A stretch of DNA of 64,000 nt from Phallusia mammillata. Taxonomy: Eukaryota. The notes under the pieces are model-generated. The model was not told where the DNA came from and searched no databases. It saw only the letters and a list, made by a program, of their open reading frames with translations. The stretch covers positions 24,056,001 to 24,120,000 of the forward strand of contig OZ281497.1 in the NCBI GenBank assembly GCA_965637545.1, given 5' to 3'. The position numbers and the translations under genes are program-made. Shown here in pieces: positions 22,225 through 37,000 of this stretch (the first letter of the stretch is position 1; the number at the start of each line of letters is the position of its first letter).

Positions 22225-25200
22225 ATGTACAGTGTCGAATATTAAGCTGTAAAAAACGCATAAATGCATAGGTTTTCGACGAATATCAGCAACTACCTAT
22301 AACTTGTTTTTCAAGTGGTTTGTGTAACAATGTTCAAGGAGTAGAGATTTTCGTTTTTGTGCTGATCCGAGCCGTCGCAGCGTTATGAACGTTTTTATCG
22401 TTAAGAGAGTTGTCAGCGGTCCTTAAGTTGCGTTCTGGACCCGAAAGTGCAAGCCAGCAACCCGACTCGCACTCGATTTAAAAAAATACTAGGCCTGAAA
22501 AGTTGGAACCAGGCCTGAAATTTGGTGAAAATGCGGCTAAAATGCCGAATGTAAACACAGGTCCAAATCAAGATCGTTTTATTACAACTTATGTCTGAAC
22601 TCAACCCAAATGCGTAAATCCTGGCCCGACTTACAACTCTGCTTTATTTAAATTTGACAAGTTAGTTATTTTAAGTGTGCTGTTTTATCAACAATATTTC
22701 TGTTATCTCCTTCGTACCATGCACCATCGACTTGTCTAAATAGCAAAGCTTCCCGTTCGTAAACATAACTGAATTAAATATATTGATCTAAAGTAACGGT
22801 ATCTCAGAATAAGCCCTTCAAGTGCAATACAAAAAACAACAACCTTGCAATCAAGTCCAAATCTTGTTTCAAATATAATTATTTTATGTACATAAGATTT
22901 CAATAATTCTGTAAGCAAATGCTAAACTAATTCTTTATTTAATACTCTTTCTGTGTTGCTAAGATGAGAAAAAATCTAAAATAAAGTCTAATTGCTTGGT
23001 CTCTACTTTACACACAATAAACACTTACTTGCTCATTTTCGACGCTAAAACAATAAACGGATATAACGTGTACATGGCGTAAATCATTTTATAGCGAAAC
23101 TTTCTTGTTCCTGCTTTACCGAAAGCAATACCACAATAGGTGTGAACTTTTGTTGTTGCCAGTTAATATTGACCTGACATGAGGTTAATACACTAAATAT
23201 ATGTCGGACATGCGTCTTGCATTTTGTATGACTGGTAATTCTCTATTCAAAAGCTTAGGAAACGTGACAGGTAATTTTTTTATCAGTCACTCAGTATCAA
23301 TTGCTTCTGAAGAGAATCTTATCTATTATTGCAAAGCATGGCATTTCAGCCAGTAAGTTTATAATAACCTGAAGTTCCCTACCTTGTCTATTAGCCTGTT
23401 TATGCCCATTATATTGTTGCCCACTGCACTGATATGACTGTACAGGTCGAAACACTGTGTCAAGTTTTCTGGTTCGCTGTGTGATCTATTTCACACAATG
23501 GCATCGAACCTCCACTACACTATCCTTATCAAAATCGGTGTATAGTTGCTTAACGACATCTTGTAAATCTGTGACAATCTTTGGTAGATTTTCCCTGGCA
23601 GCCATATTTAGATGATGCCACTCATCAGAAGTTTACTTACAAACCCTCAGTGCTCATTAGAGAAGTAATTATCTGGTGGACAGCTAATACAGGATTACAT
23701 ACCAACTGCACTTTATACATAGCTTCAATAGCTCACAACACCAAACAGCAAATGCCTTGTCGCCAGATGCACTAATAAGACCGTTTCGGTCGAAGCAGTG
23801 GTCACTGCCTGCAACCAACCTATTATTCTACTGAGGCGTTGCTTTTATTCTACGTTAATTGTTTCCATATATTAGACCTGCAACACGACGTATACGTAAA
23901 GTTTAAAAATTTTAACACTGTTTTAGAAACCAATTCACTTATCTATTGTGTTTTTGTGTTTTAGATAAGTTTTGAAACTTTCAATTATGTTCTCAAATAT
24001 GTTCAATCAAAATACCTAATCTGTTAAATTTTTGAATTAAGTTTTCTGGTATGCGATCAATTAGTATTGGATCAGTAAAACGGAGATTATGGTCATCAGT
24101 GTCGAAAGTACAATATTATCGATGAGTTTTCCAGTTCCACAACGTAAGCTCATTTTCTTGGCGTAATGTGCTGCCACCTAACGACAAAAACAATAAAGCT
24201 TTACGTGGTATCAATGAGTATAAAACTCAAATTCTCTTTTATAAAAAAATCTCTTTTATAAAAACCTGTGGGTATTTGTAACCATGAGCGATGACTTTCA
24301 GATGATTTAATACTGCGTTAAACAATTTTACAATGCGTGAGCCAAAGAACTTTTTTATAAAGAATACACCATGCAGACCCGTCAATAATCACTGTAGCAG
24401 GTTGTCCATCGAGCTATAGAACACGGTATATAAAGCACTTAAACGGTCAAAAAACGGTGAATGCCAGGTGTGTTAAGTGATGTCACACGGAATTGGCCAG
24501 TAGAAATGTTGCGTTGACAAAAGATAAAACCGGAGATGTTTGTCAGGTGTACGACAGATGAATATTAATGATTATCATTAAAACTTAAGGGGAAACTGCT
24601 TAAGTTTGGAGTGAATAAACAGATTTTGCATTTTGTAGTTGTATTCTAAGTCCTAAGAAACAGTGACACAACCGGGTAACATATGTATCAAATGTATGTT
24701 AAAGGTCAGCAAACGCTTGTGTACGGCAATGCGACAAGGTGAAGTAATATTGTTTGTTTCATTTTTATCTTCGCTTGAATGTGTTATGCTCACAGTAAAA
24801 CCGCCCCGCATCTGGCTGCCTGTTTTATTGCAAGTCCGTTCAATAACATGTTAATTGATTTTTTTACTAAGGCAGTTGGTGACGTCAATTTAGTTTGGAA
24901 CCACTGGGTACATGGCGGTTCCGCTTATCACTCGGCCAACTTGGCAATGTAATTATTACATATATCTATGTGTATCATATGAGACATGGTGAGGCAATTT
25001 AATCACCATAGTTACTTACCGCATCATTAAGATTGACATCACCTTCGAACCAGAAAACCATCGCAGGTTCTCCGACTGGTACAATCTTCAAATCATCTGG
25101 ATAAAGTTGCTCACATGTATGACTGAGGCGAAAACCTCATTAAACAAACATTTGTATCTGTAATTTGTAAAACAGATATAAGTTACTGTTTTAGTTGTTA

Positions 25201-27138
25201 ACATGCATGAATGGGATGACACAGCGGTTAGTGTAGGGTGCTTGCGACCATGAGGTTCACGAATTAAATCCCGTCATAACTGCTGTGTCAAACATAAAAA
25301 ATGTTGTTCATCTTTCAAGAAAATAAACTTTAGGTTAAGACTGTGGCTGAAACAGACAGAAACCTAGAAATATAAACTGAGCCACAGCAAAGTCTGAACC
25401 AAAAGATTGCGGACACGTGTTAAGAAGCACACCACCGCCACTGGTCGGCAGACAATTGAGATTCGAACCCACGACTGAAAAGGCTCAGTCGTGGGTTCGA
25501 ATCTCACCGCAGGCTAGATTTTTCTACTCTACTCCTCGCCGCAAGGGAATGCTTGGCAGATAGGCTTGTATAGGTACGACCCCATCAATAGGCCTGACGT
25601 AGTTTGAATGCTAGGCTTTACAAATTGACTTAATTTTTAAACTAGTATATTGTATACTATACAATATACAATTTATAGTATACCCAATTGTGTTTGCATG
25701 TGTAATCATCCTTGCAATTGTTAAACCAAGCTTCACAGGCATCAAGTGACAATGGAACGTTACGATACCGTTCAGTTCTGTACGAATTCGGTTTCTAGAT
25801 GAAATCCACTCAGTGTCAGAATAATTTATTGTTTCTCAACTTTGTTAGGTTTCAAACTGGTTTTAGCTTTTGTTAATAATTTGTGGATTCGATAAAAGTA
25901 TGAGTTAAATTGAACATTATTCAGTTGAAATCTACTTTTGTTTGGTGCTTCAAGAAATTTGGTTTCAATGTTTTATTCATTATTATTGTTATGATGTAAG
26001 TCAAAGTATACGACATAACCAAAGGAGTTGAAAGGGTTGATCATGTCCAAAACGCATTTCCCTAATCCCCAATCCAAAAGATAAGACATCCCATATGTGC
26101 AGATGTGTGAAATCGAAAGCACTCTGTCAACTTTATTTTTTATCCAATAACTTACTTCAAAGATAGTTACGCAATTTAAATACAAAATTTAGTAAAAATC
26201 TGTAGGCTACAATATATATTCCTGGTTTCACTACTCTCGATGCTTGGTTGCAAAAAAATTATGTGGAAATTACGTTTACATAATGTAGATCTTTTCTTGT
26301 CACTTTGAGAGAATTTCTCCCGAAAATAGCATCTGAGTGGCATGTTTGTTTTTCATTGTTCCAAAAAATTGTTAGTTTCCATGACTCAACTGTTCATAAA
26401 TCAAAAATGTTTCGAAACTGTTTTGTACATAAGAGTCTATTCAAAAGGTTGCCAATCGTGGAAGGTTAACTGTTGATCAGCCACTGTGGGTAGGAGTTTT
26501 GCTTGTTTTTGAAGCAATTGTCTATGTCGAAGTACTTGAATGTTTGGCTGAAAATTAAAAGATTGGCCTAAAATCCTTGACAGACTTTCCAACAAAAACT
26601 TAATCTTAGTTCTTATTAGGTATAAGTCTGCTTTCAAACCACTGATCAAAACTGCTTAATAATTATTTTCTGCATGGTTTGGCGGACCAACGATCTGTGC
26701 GTTTACTAATACAAAAGTATGTGGTAACTAACAAAACCTTACTGTTAATTTTTTTGTTCAAACAAATTCAAAATTCAAAACGCAATATTCGTCACAGAAA
26801 TTGTTTATTCACAGGTTTTGAAGAACTGCAATTAATACAACAATACATTAATTAACTGTATTTTACAATACCAATGAAACACAAGGAAAAGTGCAAACAC
26901 TAGAACAGTTTCAAAGGCCAAGTGGCCGAGTCACAAAGCACATCTTCGCTATTGACACGTTTTTTACATAAAAAAAATACATAAAAAATACATAAAAAAA
27001 CGCAATGAAAAATCCGATCCAACGGTAAAGCCTAACTGCGGAGTCATTGTGAGCATAACAGTTTAAGCATTTCCCGCCTAACCAGTATAAAAATAAACAA
27101 ACAAAATGTTCAGAAATCTTATAGTGTTTTAGTGCAAT

Positions 27139-28678
27139 TTAAAAACTCTTTCTTGGTATAGGGGCGGGTGGGCGATCATATTGGCAAATTTCCTCAGGAT
27201 TAGATCTTGTTTCGTGGCTAGTTTTCATTGGAATTTCATACACCGACTCTTCAACTGCATTCGGATTGGTCTGATTTATATCTGTGGCTTGGTTAGGTTG
27301 TTTGTTGGACCTGCAAATGCAAAAAAACTCTTTGAGATTTTTTTTTTCAAACTGAAAACTGAATATTCTTTACAAAACATTGTATGAGCTGCATCTCATG
27401 ACTGCGAAATCGTATCGGGTTCTGAAAAGTCGATATGGAAACGTTGGTTAAACAGCAACGGTGCAATTGTTTATTTAAAGTAAAACTTCAGGCCAGGGCT
27501 TTATATTCACCATAAAGTATATTCAAAATGAATCAACGCATTTTGCAGGCAATTTCCCACCAAAATAATAAAAATAAAACAACAACAAAGTAGTTCGTTG
27601 TAGATTTTGGTTGAAGTTTGCTAGTTTACCTTTTCCTGTCCCAGTAAAACACAGCAATAAGGACAACAAGAACCAGAAAGAAAAATCCTGCCAAGGCGCT
27701 TGGAACTGCAACTGCTACCAATCGGTATTCATCTGCTGAAACGTGTGGTGATGTAGCTAGGAATTGTTAATAATTGAATGTTCCCTATGTGGAAAACGTC
27801 TTAACCCCTGGGGATGAATACAGTGCCATTGGAATTATACTTTTGTTAACATGCAGGATTTTAAAGTAGACTATAATAAAGTTTAGGCGTGCTACCAACG
27901 TCAATCATGCTATTGTTTCAATCGAAAATTTGCCTGCATGAAAAGATTCCATTTAAAGACTGACGTTGACTAATAAATGGCAGTCGAGGTTAGCTGCCAA
28001 CAATGCTCTATAAGATGGATAACAGTAGATAGGCTGCAAAACCCATATGGTCACAGTCTTGTTACTAGCTGCACTTATGATACCTTATAGGCTACAGAAG
28101 GTTACCCTACATGATTGTAGCCTAATTCTTTATTATTGTTATTGCACTGTAATCAAATTGTTTATTAAACGATTACTGTTACCTACTTGCTTTGCTGGGA
28201 GTGGGATTGTGATGAGCTGAAACGAATCCTGTTTCCATTATTTGGTTTGTGCCTTCTGTGGTTTCTGAAATAACAAACAAAGCAGGCACACAAAAACTGA
28301 GTGCTTAAAATAGTGATCAAGTCTTTTTTTAAACGGCTTTGTATTTAAAACTAACAAAATCTATATTAGAAAAATGTCACGAAGCAAACATTGGATATTT
28401 TTTGCAAAAACTTGTTTACATTTTTTTGCTATCAAAAAACATTGCTATAAAACCCATGCAGATCAATATTTAATTGTGGTAGTTTCTTTGCTATTATTGC
28501 TTTTACGATAAGCAACATGAATGTCAAACTACATAAAATATTTCTGTTTACCATAATAGTAGTTGATGTCTCCGGGTTCATCATCAAACTCGTAATTTAC
28601 AAATCCTACCCCAGAGTAATAAACAGCCACAGATGTGGAAATATGCAAAATTATAACAACACAAATAGCCAACTTCAT
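27139..28678 (-). CDS. S3: small Tyr-rich single-pass membrane protein, 160 aa
   Basis: Exons 28552-28678, 28187-28264, 27630-27735, 27139-27310; essentially identical to S2. 10-bp intronic deletion just upstream of the exon 2 acceptor (~28282). Confidence 0.83.
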
Positions 28679-30025
28679 TTTGTGTTCAGTAGGCAATATG
28701 CAAAAACCACTTTCTGAAGAAAAATAGGTCCAAAAAAGGTTGTGAAACACTAAGCAGGAGCCCCAAAACGCGCTTCAAAACTATAACTAATATGTAGTTA
28801 GTTTCTTTTTTAAGGTTTAATTTGTACTTTAATTAAATCAAAACCTTTAAAACGGTGTAGCTGCAGCGTGTTTAGGAATTATCCTCAATTCTGTCCTTAA
28901 CTATTTTTGCACACCATAAGATTTCAACTTTGCGCAGCTGTTTCTAGGCGATGGTTCAGTGCAATTTTGTAGCTATGTGTTCTTTCACCAAGCGAACTAT
29001 AAGGCTATGAACAATATGTTTTGTTTTTCTATGCTTGACGCTTACAAAAAATGCTTATACGTTTTATAACGTAAAACTTTCTATAATAACTGTGTGAAAA
29101 TTGCTTTTTTCGGCTATACTGAAAGCGACAACTTCTAACTATATCATCCATGCAACACTATTTGCCAGTTTTCATCACCCAATAAAGCTGGATTGTGCGC
29201 TCACAGTTTGCCGAAACTATTTATTGTACTTTATGATGACTCAAGTCAATTCATGTAGTTTCGAAACTTGACAGGTTAATTGTTCATTATACACTGTGTA
29301 TGACCTTAGTCTGTTTTCAAAGGAAGTCTCGACTTACTTTTTGTACATCCCACTAACCTCATAAATATTTTTAATATCACAGTAAAACTGCCAGGAAAAC
29401 GTTTAATTTTGTCTAGAAGTTATTTATTGCAAATTTTAAAATATGTGTAAAAATTGCAAGGTCATGTAAGTTGCACAAGAATATCACTAACTTTTTGCGT
29501 TTGTAAAAAGTGACTGTGGTTTATAATTCCCGCACAGCTTCTTTTGTTAATACACCACATAAAAATCGAAGGTAACAAAAACAAAAATGAAACATTTAGC
29601 ATACAAAAAGTAATGCTTATGCCACTTTTGTTTGAACCAAAAATACACCTCTCAACAGTTTTCGATGGGAATATGTCATACTCAAACGCAGCGGAACTGT
29701 ACACAAAGCATTCACACATGCAAAAAAACAACAACAATTGCTTAGGGCTAAAACGTTGGAAAGAGCAATTCAGTAAAGGTACCCAGTTTATGGATGAAAG
29801 AGGAAATACATTTATAATAATTATTGGGTTAGACTAGGACCCTTTGAAGTGTAAGGGCCCACACAAAACCATGGGACTGACGAATATTACCATTTCAAAA
29901 AGAAGCTAGGCAACTAATAGAAGACTCCATTGTGGCTTTAGTTGAAAAATATTGCTGCTCATTGTCACATGATTTCATTTTTTTGACAAATTTAGAGTTC
30001 ACAAGAAGGCTAGTTTCGACTGCAA

Positions 30026-33000
30026 TTAACATACACCACCGACACTGGATGCAACTTTTGGAAGAGGAAAAGCAGGTCGGTCAAAAGGATAAGTTTGTTC
30101 AGTATCAAGTCCATTGTGGTAGCGTTTTTTCTCAAACACCGGAACTTCGTAAATTGGTTCTTCAGTTTCGGCCGAAGCTGCAGCTCTTGCGTTGTTTATT
30201 GGCCATGGGTTTCTCCTATAATGTTCCTTGTTGGCACTGCAAATTAAAAAAATAACTGTAACCTTGAATGAACCCTAACCTTAAAAGTGCATGAACTACA
30301 TTTGTTTGCATTACACATATGTCATAAAATGAAAAAAAGGTGGTTAAACAAAATATCGGTCATGGTTATTCAATATATTCTACAAATCATTGTTTTTGAC
30401 CCTTTGGCAACCTTTTTAAATAAGTCACTGGTTCTCATATCCTGAGTTTTAGCATATTTAAGTATGCTTATCCATTAACGCTAATCATTTTAGCATCCCA
30501 GTAGCACCCCTTACATTGGTTCCTCGGCAAATTGTGGGATGGCGTGAACTTGAGGTGTTAAGTTGAAGACGGGTACCGGTTCTGTGCTATTGGGTGCTCT
30601 ATTCGCCCTGCAAATGCAAAACATGTGTGAAAAGATTTTTTTTAAACACTATAAAATTCACCCTAATTGTTTGTATAAGTTGCATTAAGTTAAAAATCGT
30701 GTTGGTTGCAATGCAATTTCACAAATCCTAAATGAGAGTTTCTAACTTTTGTCAATACGCTCTTAAGCCAACGATGACAATGTCGACTGCAAAGGCGCGC
30801 AAAATTTCCATCATTGGTTACTGAGTTAGGGACATGAAAAGTTACAAAATGTGACAAAAAACTCCCTTTCGGCCAAAAATCACGTTTTGTAGCGGGCGAT
30901 AGAGAAGTCCAATTGGGCTCTAAATGTGCACATGCGTTAAAGTTGATTATATCAGTTATCCTAATCTTGCTGTGCGTACGGTCAGCAGTTCTTATTCCTT
31001 AAACGTACAAATTTTTGGAGCACCAGATAGCAGCAGGTACATTTCTGGTTTAAGCAAAGTTCTTCAGAATATCTGACCTTGTTTAACTGCAACATAATCA
31101 CCCAACTGTTTTCGTTGTTGGTTACCCTTCCTTTTAGCAAAGTTTGCTTTTTTACCTTCTTCTTTTTCGGCAAAGCACAACGATTACGATCATGAGATTG
31201 CAATTATCAACGTCTGGTCATCTATTAAAGTTGAAACGTTCGTTAGTGATTACAATTGATAAATTTAAGCAAAAAGACATAATATGTATTAAGCAGGACA
31301 ATGCCATTTCAATACCAAAGACAAGCCGCAGAAACATAACACGCAAATTTAAAAACTTTTGTATTGTTAGTATTTTTTACTGCTTACTAGTTTGAGGAGC
31401 CTTTACAGTGGTCTCTGGAACATAAGAAAATAAATGTTATTTTAGAACAGTGTTCGGCAACCGCAGATCCGCGGCCCACTGCGACGAGTTCGTTAACGGG
31501 CTGTATAATTTTTCGGGTTAAATGCTTTAAAACATTTTGCCCATATATCTCAGGATGATAAACTAATAAAATTTCACTTTCAAAAGCGGCCCGCAGAGCA
31601 AAAAAGGTTGCCACACCTTGTTTTAGAAGAACCGCGTTTATTAATGATTTTTCTGTTTTTCCATTTTTTTGCTAAGTTTGTCTCAAAAACGATTTTGCTA
31701 CGTTTCATTGGATAGACGTTGATGTTAAAAGTGTTATTTTGACAACTGCTTTCAAAAAAATTCAGTTTACCACGTTTTTCAAATACAAAGAAAAAAATAA
31801 TATTGCTCGTTTCATTGGACTGCGTCTAAACCAGTGGTTCTTAACCGGTGGGAAATTTAATGTTTTCAGAGGGAAATTATGTAAGTCAGGTAACCAAACT
31901 CGGGGCCCAAGGGTCGAACCGGGGTTTGAATAAGTCGTTGAAAGTTACTTTCCTAAAAAATTTTCCGCAACAACATGTTAGATTAATTTTTAACCTAGTT
32001 TTACAAGACGCCTAAAAATACAAGGCCGTTTGTTACATCACATACATGTCTGATAGTATCAATGACTGTGCTATTGTGCGCGAATAAAGGCCTTTCCTTT
32101 GTTGATTGTGATGCAATAAATGACTATTGCAAGCAGAGGAAACTCTATAATATTCCATAAGCTTTATTCTCTCATAGAAGCACTATTTAAACTGAATAAG
32201 ATTGTAGTATATAACTTTGGGGTTCCAGACCAAATCGCTTCACAAAATTATTTCATTTAAAGAATATTTTTTTTGTAAAAATAACAAAGGGAAAAATTCA
32301 AACTTGGTGATTGACTTTAGTGGGAAACCACACCAAAGAGGTTAAGAACCACTGGGATAGACCTTGATACTGAAAGTGTTTTTTTTTTCACAACTGTTTT
32401 TAAAAATTTTCAGTTTACCACGTGTTTCAAATACAAACCAAATATGATATTGCTCGGAATATAGCAAACGACTTTTTGTTTTTTAAACAAAATTGTATGA
32501 AATGTTTTTTTAGTATGAATCCGTAATTACCTTTTGAGTCCGTGGTTGTCCCTGGAGTAGGAAATGTGTTTGGACGAATATTTCAAAGACATAGAGGAAA
32601 AACAATGATTGACATTCAATGATGTTTTTGCAACAACACTTATGGTATTAAGTGAGACAGTTAACGCATTGAAAGCCATTTCGTAGCAAGACACAGGTTT
32701 TTTTTAAGGTTCGGTTTGGGTGACCGCTAAGTAGTTTTAAGATACCGCAAGTGTTTCATTTAAATACCAAAAATAGCCATATATGCCTAAACAAATTATT
32801 GTAGTTGCAAGTCCAAATTTTGGGAAACCGCTGGAGAAATTAAAAACACCTTAAAAAAACACTGGCAAGACCTATGCGTTTTTGTTTTGACACAAAAAAC
32901 AAAACGATTTTCAAATACGGTTTGTCAATGTCAATCTTAACCCATATGTAAAAACAAACGATATAAGCAAGAAAAGGAAAAAAAAAACGTTTTGCAAATC

Positions 33001-34066
33001 CGTTTTACCTTTAAGAGTTCTTTGGCAGATATATCTAGCACTTGATGGACATAACGATGCGCTTATCTCCGAATAACTAGTGGGAGATGATTTCGAAATT
33101 TTGCTGCAATAGTTATTCCCAGTTCGAACATAAAACTCTTTTTCTGTAAGCACAAGTTTGTGGGTTTGAACAATACGATATGCACCAAAGTTGTAACAGG
33201 TAATAAACCTGGATATCAGACAAACCCAGCCCACATCCGTTTTCTACAAAACATGAATTGCTCTCAAAGCTTTAATGTAATCAAAATAATAATAATAAAA
33301 ACTCGGTTGGTTTAGAGTTGGATGAGGGTGGAACTTATGGGCCACAACTCGAAGGCACAAGCTTGAAACCCGTGTAGTTTTGCAAAACCCAAACCATATC
33401 CAATTTGGCGGACACAACCTGTTCAACCACAATCAAAAAAGTAATTGTGGCAGAGTATGAGTTCAGACCCGGTAATTGAGAAACATTAAGCCGAAAATTA
33501 AACCACAGGTTCGAATTCTGCAACTCCCAGAACATCTAAAAACCGTTTTTTAGTTGACCCACATTATTTTTCACCACTATTTGAGGCTGGCACAAAATTT
33601 GACAAACATATTTTTTTTATTAAATATTTGTTAGCACGCATCAAAAATAACTTAATTTATGAGAACGAAACCGGAATTTATGAGAACAAAAAATTAGCTA
33701 AATTAGCTGAATAGGATTTGCGTTTACAAACTGGTAACAGTTTAAATTTTGAAAAGTCTCATAGCTGCACAATTGCATTAATTTCACCAAACCGGAACCA
33801 GTAAATAAAGGTTACTTACTGGAAGAAAAAATAAAAATAAGTGTTGGCTTTGGAAGAAACCCTTGAAGAAAGTGAAGAAGGCGATTTGATTGTACACTCG
33901 CTATCTTTGCATTTAGCTTTGAGCATTCTTTCTCAGCTTGATTATACGAATAGACTTCGTCGGACCCAATATAATACTCGTTTCCATCAAAAGAATGCCA
34001 AGTTTGGGCGGAACATGAATGACAAATTCCAACCACGAAAAGCATTAGGTGTATATTGTTTGCCAT
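30026..34066 (-). pseudogene. L3: lectin-like gene with 34-bp deletion in the TM exon causing a premature stop (possible soluble form)
   Basis: Exons 33820-34066, 33009-33143 and 31388-31414 intact; exon 4 (31156-31221) is 66 nt instead of 100 and reads NDQTLIIAIS* (TGA at 31190-31192). Confidence 0.85.
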
Positions 34067-37000
34067 ATGTACAGTGTCGAATATTAAGCTGTAAAAAACG
34101 CATAAATGCATAGGTTTTCGACGAATATCAGCAACTACCTATAACTTGTTTTTCAAGTGGTTTGTGTAACAATGTTCAAGGAGTAGAGATTTTCGTTTTT
34201 GTGCTGATCCGAGCCGTCGCAGCGTTATGAACGTTTTTATCGTTAAGAGAGTTGTCAGCGGTCCTTAAGTTGCGTTCTGGACCCGAAAGTGCAAGCCAGC
34301 AACCCGACTCGCACTCGATTTAAAAAAATACTAGGCCTGAAAAGTTGGAACCAGGCCTGAAATTTGGTGAAAATGCGGCTAAAATGCCGAATGTAAACAC
34401 AGGTCCAAATCAAGATCGTTTTATTACAACTTATGTCTGAACTCAACCCAAATGCGTAAATCCTGGCCCGACTTACAACTCTGCTTTATTTAAATTTGAC
34501 AAGTTAGTTATTTTAAGTGTGCTGTTTTATCAACAATATTTCTGTTATCTCCTTCGTACCATGCACCATCGACTTGTCTAAATAGCAAAGCTTCCCGTTC
34601 GTAAACATAACTGAATTAAATATATTGATCTAAAGTAACGGTATCTCAGAATAAGCCCTTCAAGTGCAATACAAAAAACAACAACCTTGCAATCAAGTCC
34701 AAATCTTGTTTCAAATATAATTATTTTATGTACATAGAATTTAAATAATTCTGTAAGCAAATGCTAAACTAATTCTTTATTTAATACTCTTTCTGTGTTG
34801 CTAAGATGAGAAAAAGTCTAAAATAAAGTCTAATTGCTTGGTCTCTACTTTACACACAATAAACGCTTACTTGCTCATTTTCGACGCTAAAACAATAAAC
34901 GGATATAACGTGTACATGGCGTAAATCATTTTATAGCGAAACTTTCTTGTTCCTGCTTTACCGAAAGCAATACCACAATAGGTGTGAACTTTTGTTGTTG
35001 CCAGTTAATATTGACCTGACATGAGGTTAATACACTAAATATATGTCGGACATGCGTCTTGCATTTTGTATGACTGGTAATTCTCTATTCAAAAGCTTAG
35101 GAAACGTGACAGGTAATTTTTTTTATCAGTCACTCAGTATCAATTGCTTCTGAAGAGAATCTTATCTATTATTGCAAAGCATGGCATTTCAGCCAGTAAG
35201 TTTATAATAACCTGAAGTTCCCTACCTTGTCTATTAGCCTGTTTATGCCCATTATATTGTTGCCCACTGCACTGATATGACTGTACAGGTCGAAACACTG
35301 TGTCAAGTTTTCTGGTTCGCTGTGTGATCTATTTCACACAATGGCATCGAACCTCCACTACACTATCCTTATCAAAATCGGTGTATAGTTGCTTAACGAC
35401 ATCTTGTAAATCTGTGACAATCTTTGGTAGATTTTCCCTGGCAGCCATATTTAGATTATGCCACACATCAAAAGTTGCTTACAAACCCTCAGTGCTCATT
35501 AGAGAAGTAATTATCTGGTGGACAGCTAATACAGGATTACATACCAACTGCACTTTATACATAGCTTCAATAGCTCACAACACCAAACAGCAAATGCCTT
35601 GTCGCCAGATGCACTAATAAGACCGTTTCGGTCGAAGCAGTGGTCACTGTCTACAACCAACCTATTATTCTACTGAGGCATTGCTTTTATTCTACGTTAA
35701 TTGTTTCCATATATTAGGCCTGCAACACGACGTATACGTAAAGTTTAAAAATTTTAACACTGTTTTAGAAACCAATTCACTTATCTATTGTGTTTTTGTG
35801 TTTTAGATAAGTTTTGAAACTTTCAATTATGTTCTCAAATATGTTCAATCAAAATACCTAATCTGTTAAATTTTTGAATTAAGTTTTCTGGTATGCGATC
35901 AATTAGTATTGGATCAGTAAAACGGAGATTATGGTCATCAGTGTCGAAAGTACAATATTATCGATGAGTTTTCCAGTTCCACAACGTAAGCTCATTTTCT
36001 TGGCGTAATGTGCTGCCACCTAACGACAAAAACAATAAAGCTTTACGTGGTATCAATGAGTATAAAACTTAAATTCTCTTTTATAAAAAAATCTCTTTTA
36101 TAAAAAACCTGTGGGTATTTGTAACCATGAGCGATGACTTTCAGATGATTTAATACTGCGTTAAACAATTTTACAATGCGTGAGCCAAAGAACTTTTTTA
36201 TAAAGAATACACCATGCAGACCCGTCAATAATCACTGAAGCAGGTTGTCCATCGAGCTATAGAACACGGTATATAAAGCACTTAAACGGTCAAAAAACGG
36301 TGAATGCCAGGTGTGTTAAGTGATGTCACACGGAATTGGCCAGTAGAAATGTTGCGTTGACAAAAGATAAAACCGGAGATGTTTGTCAGGTGTACGACAG
36401 ATGAATATTAATGATTATCATTAAAACTTAAGGGGAAACTGCTTAAGTTTGGAGTGAATAAACAGATTTTGCATTTTGTAGTTGTATTCTAAGTCCTAAG
36501 AAACAGTGACACAACCGGGTAACATATGTATCAAATGTATGTTAAAGGTCAGCAAACGCTTGTGTACGGCAATGCGACAAGGTGAAGTAATATTGTTTTG
36601 GTTTCATTTTTATCTTCGCTTGAATGTGTTATGCTCACAGTAAAACCGCCCCGCATCTGGCTGCCTGTTTTATTGCAAGTCCGTTCAATAACATGTTAAT
36701 TGATTTTTTTACTAAGGCAGTTGGTGACGTCAATTTAGTTTGGAACCACTGGGTACATGGCGGTTCCGCTTATCACTCGGCCAACTTGGCAATGTAATTA
36801 TTACATATATCTATGTGTATCATATGAGACATGGTGAGGCAATTTAATCACCATAGTTACTTACCGCATCATTAAGATTGACATCACCTTCGAACCAGAA
36901 AACCATCGCAGGTTCTCCGACTGGTACAATCTTCAAATCATCTGGATAAAGTTGCTCACATGTATGACTGAGGCGAAAACCTCATTAAACAAACATTTGT

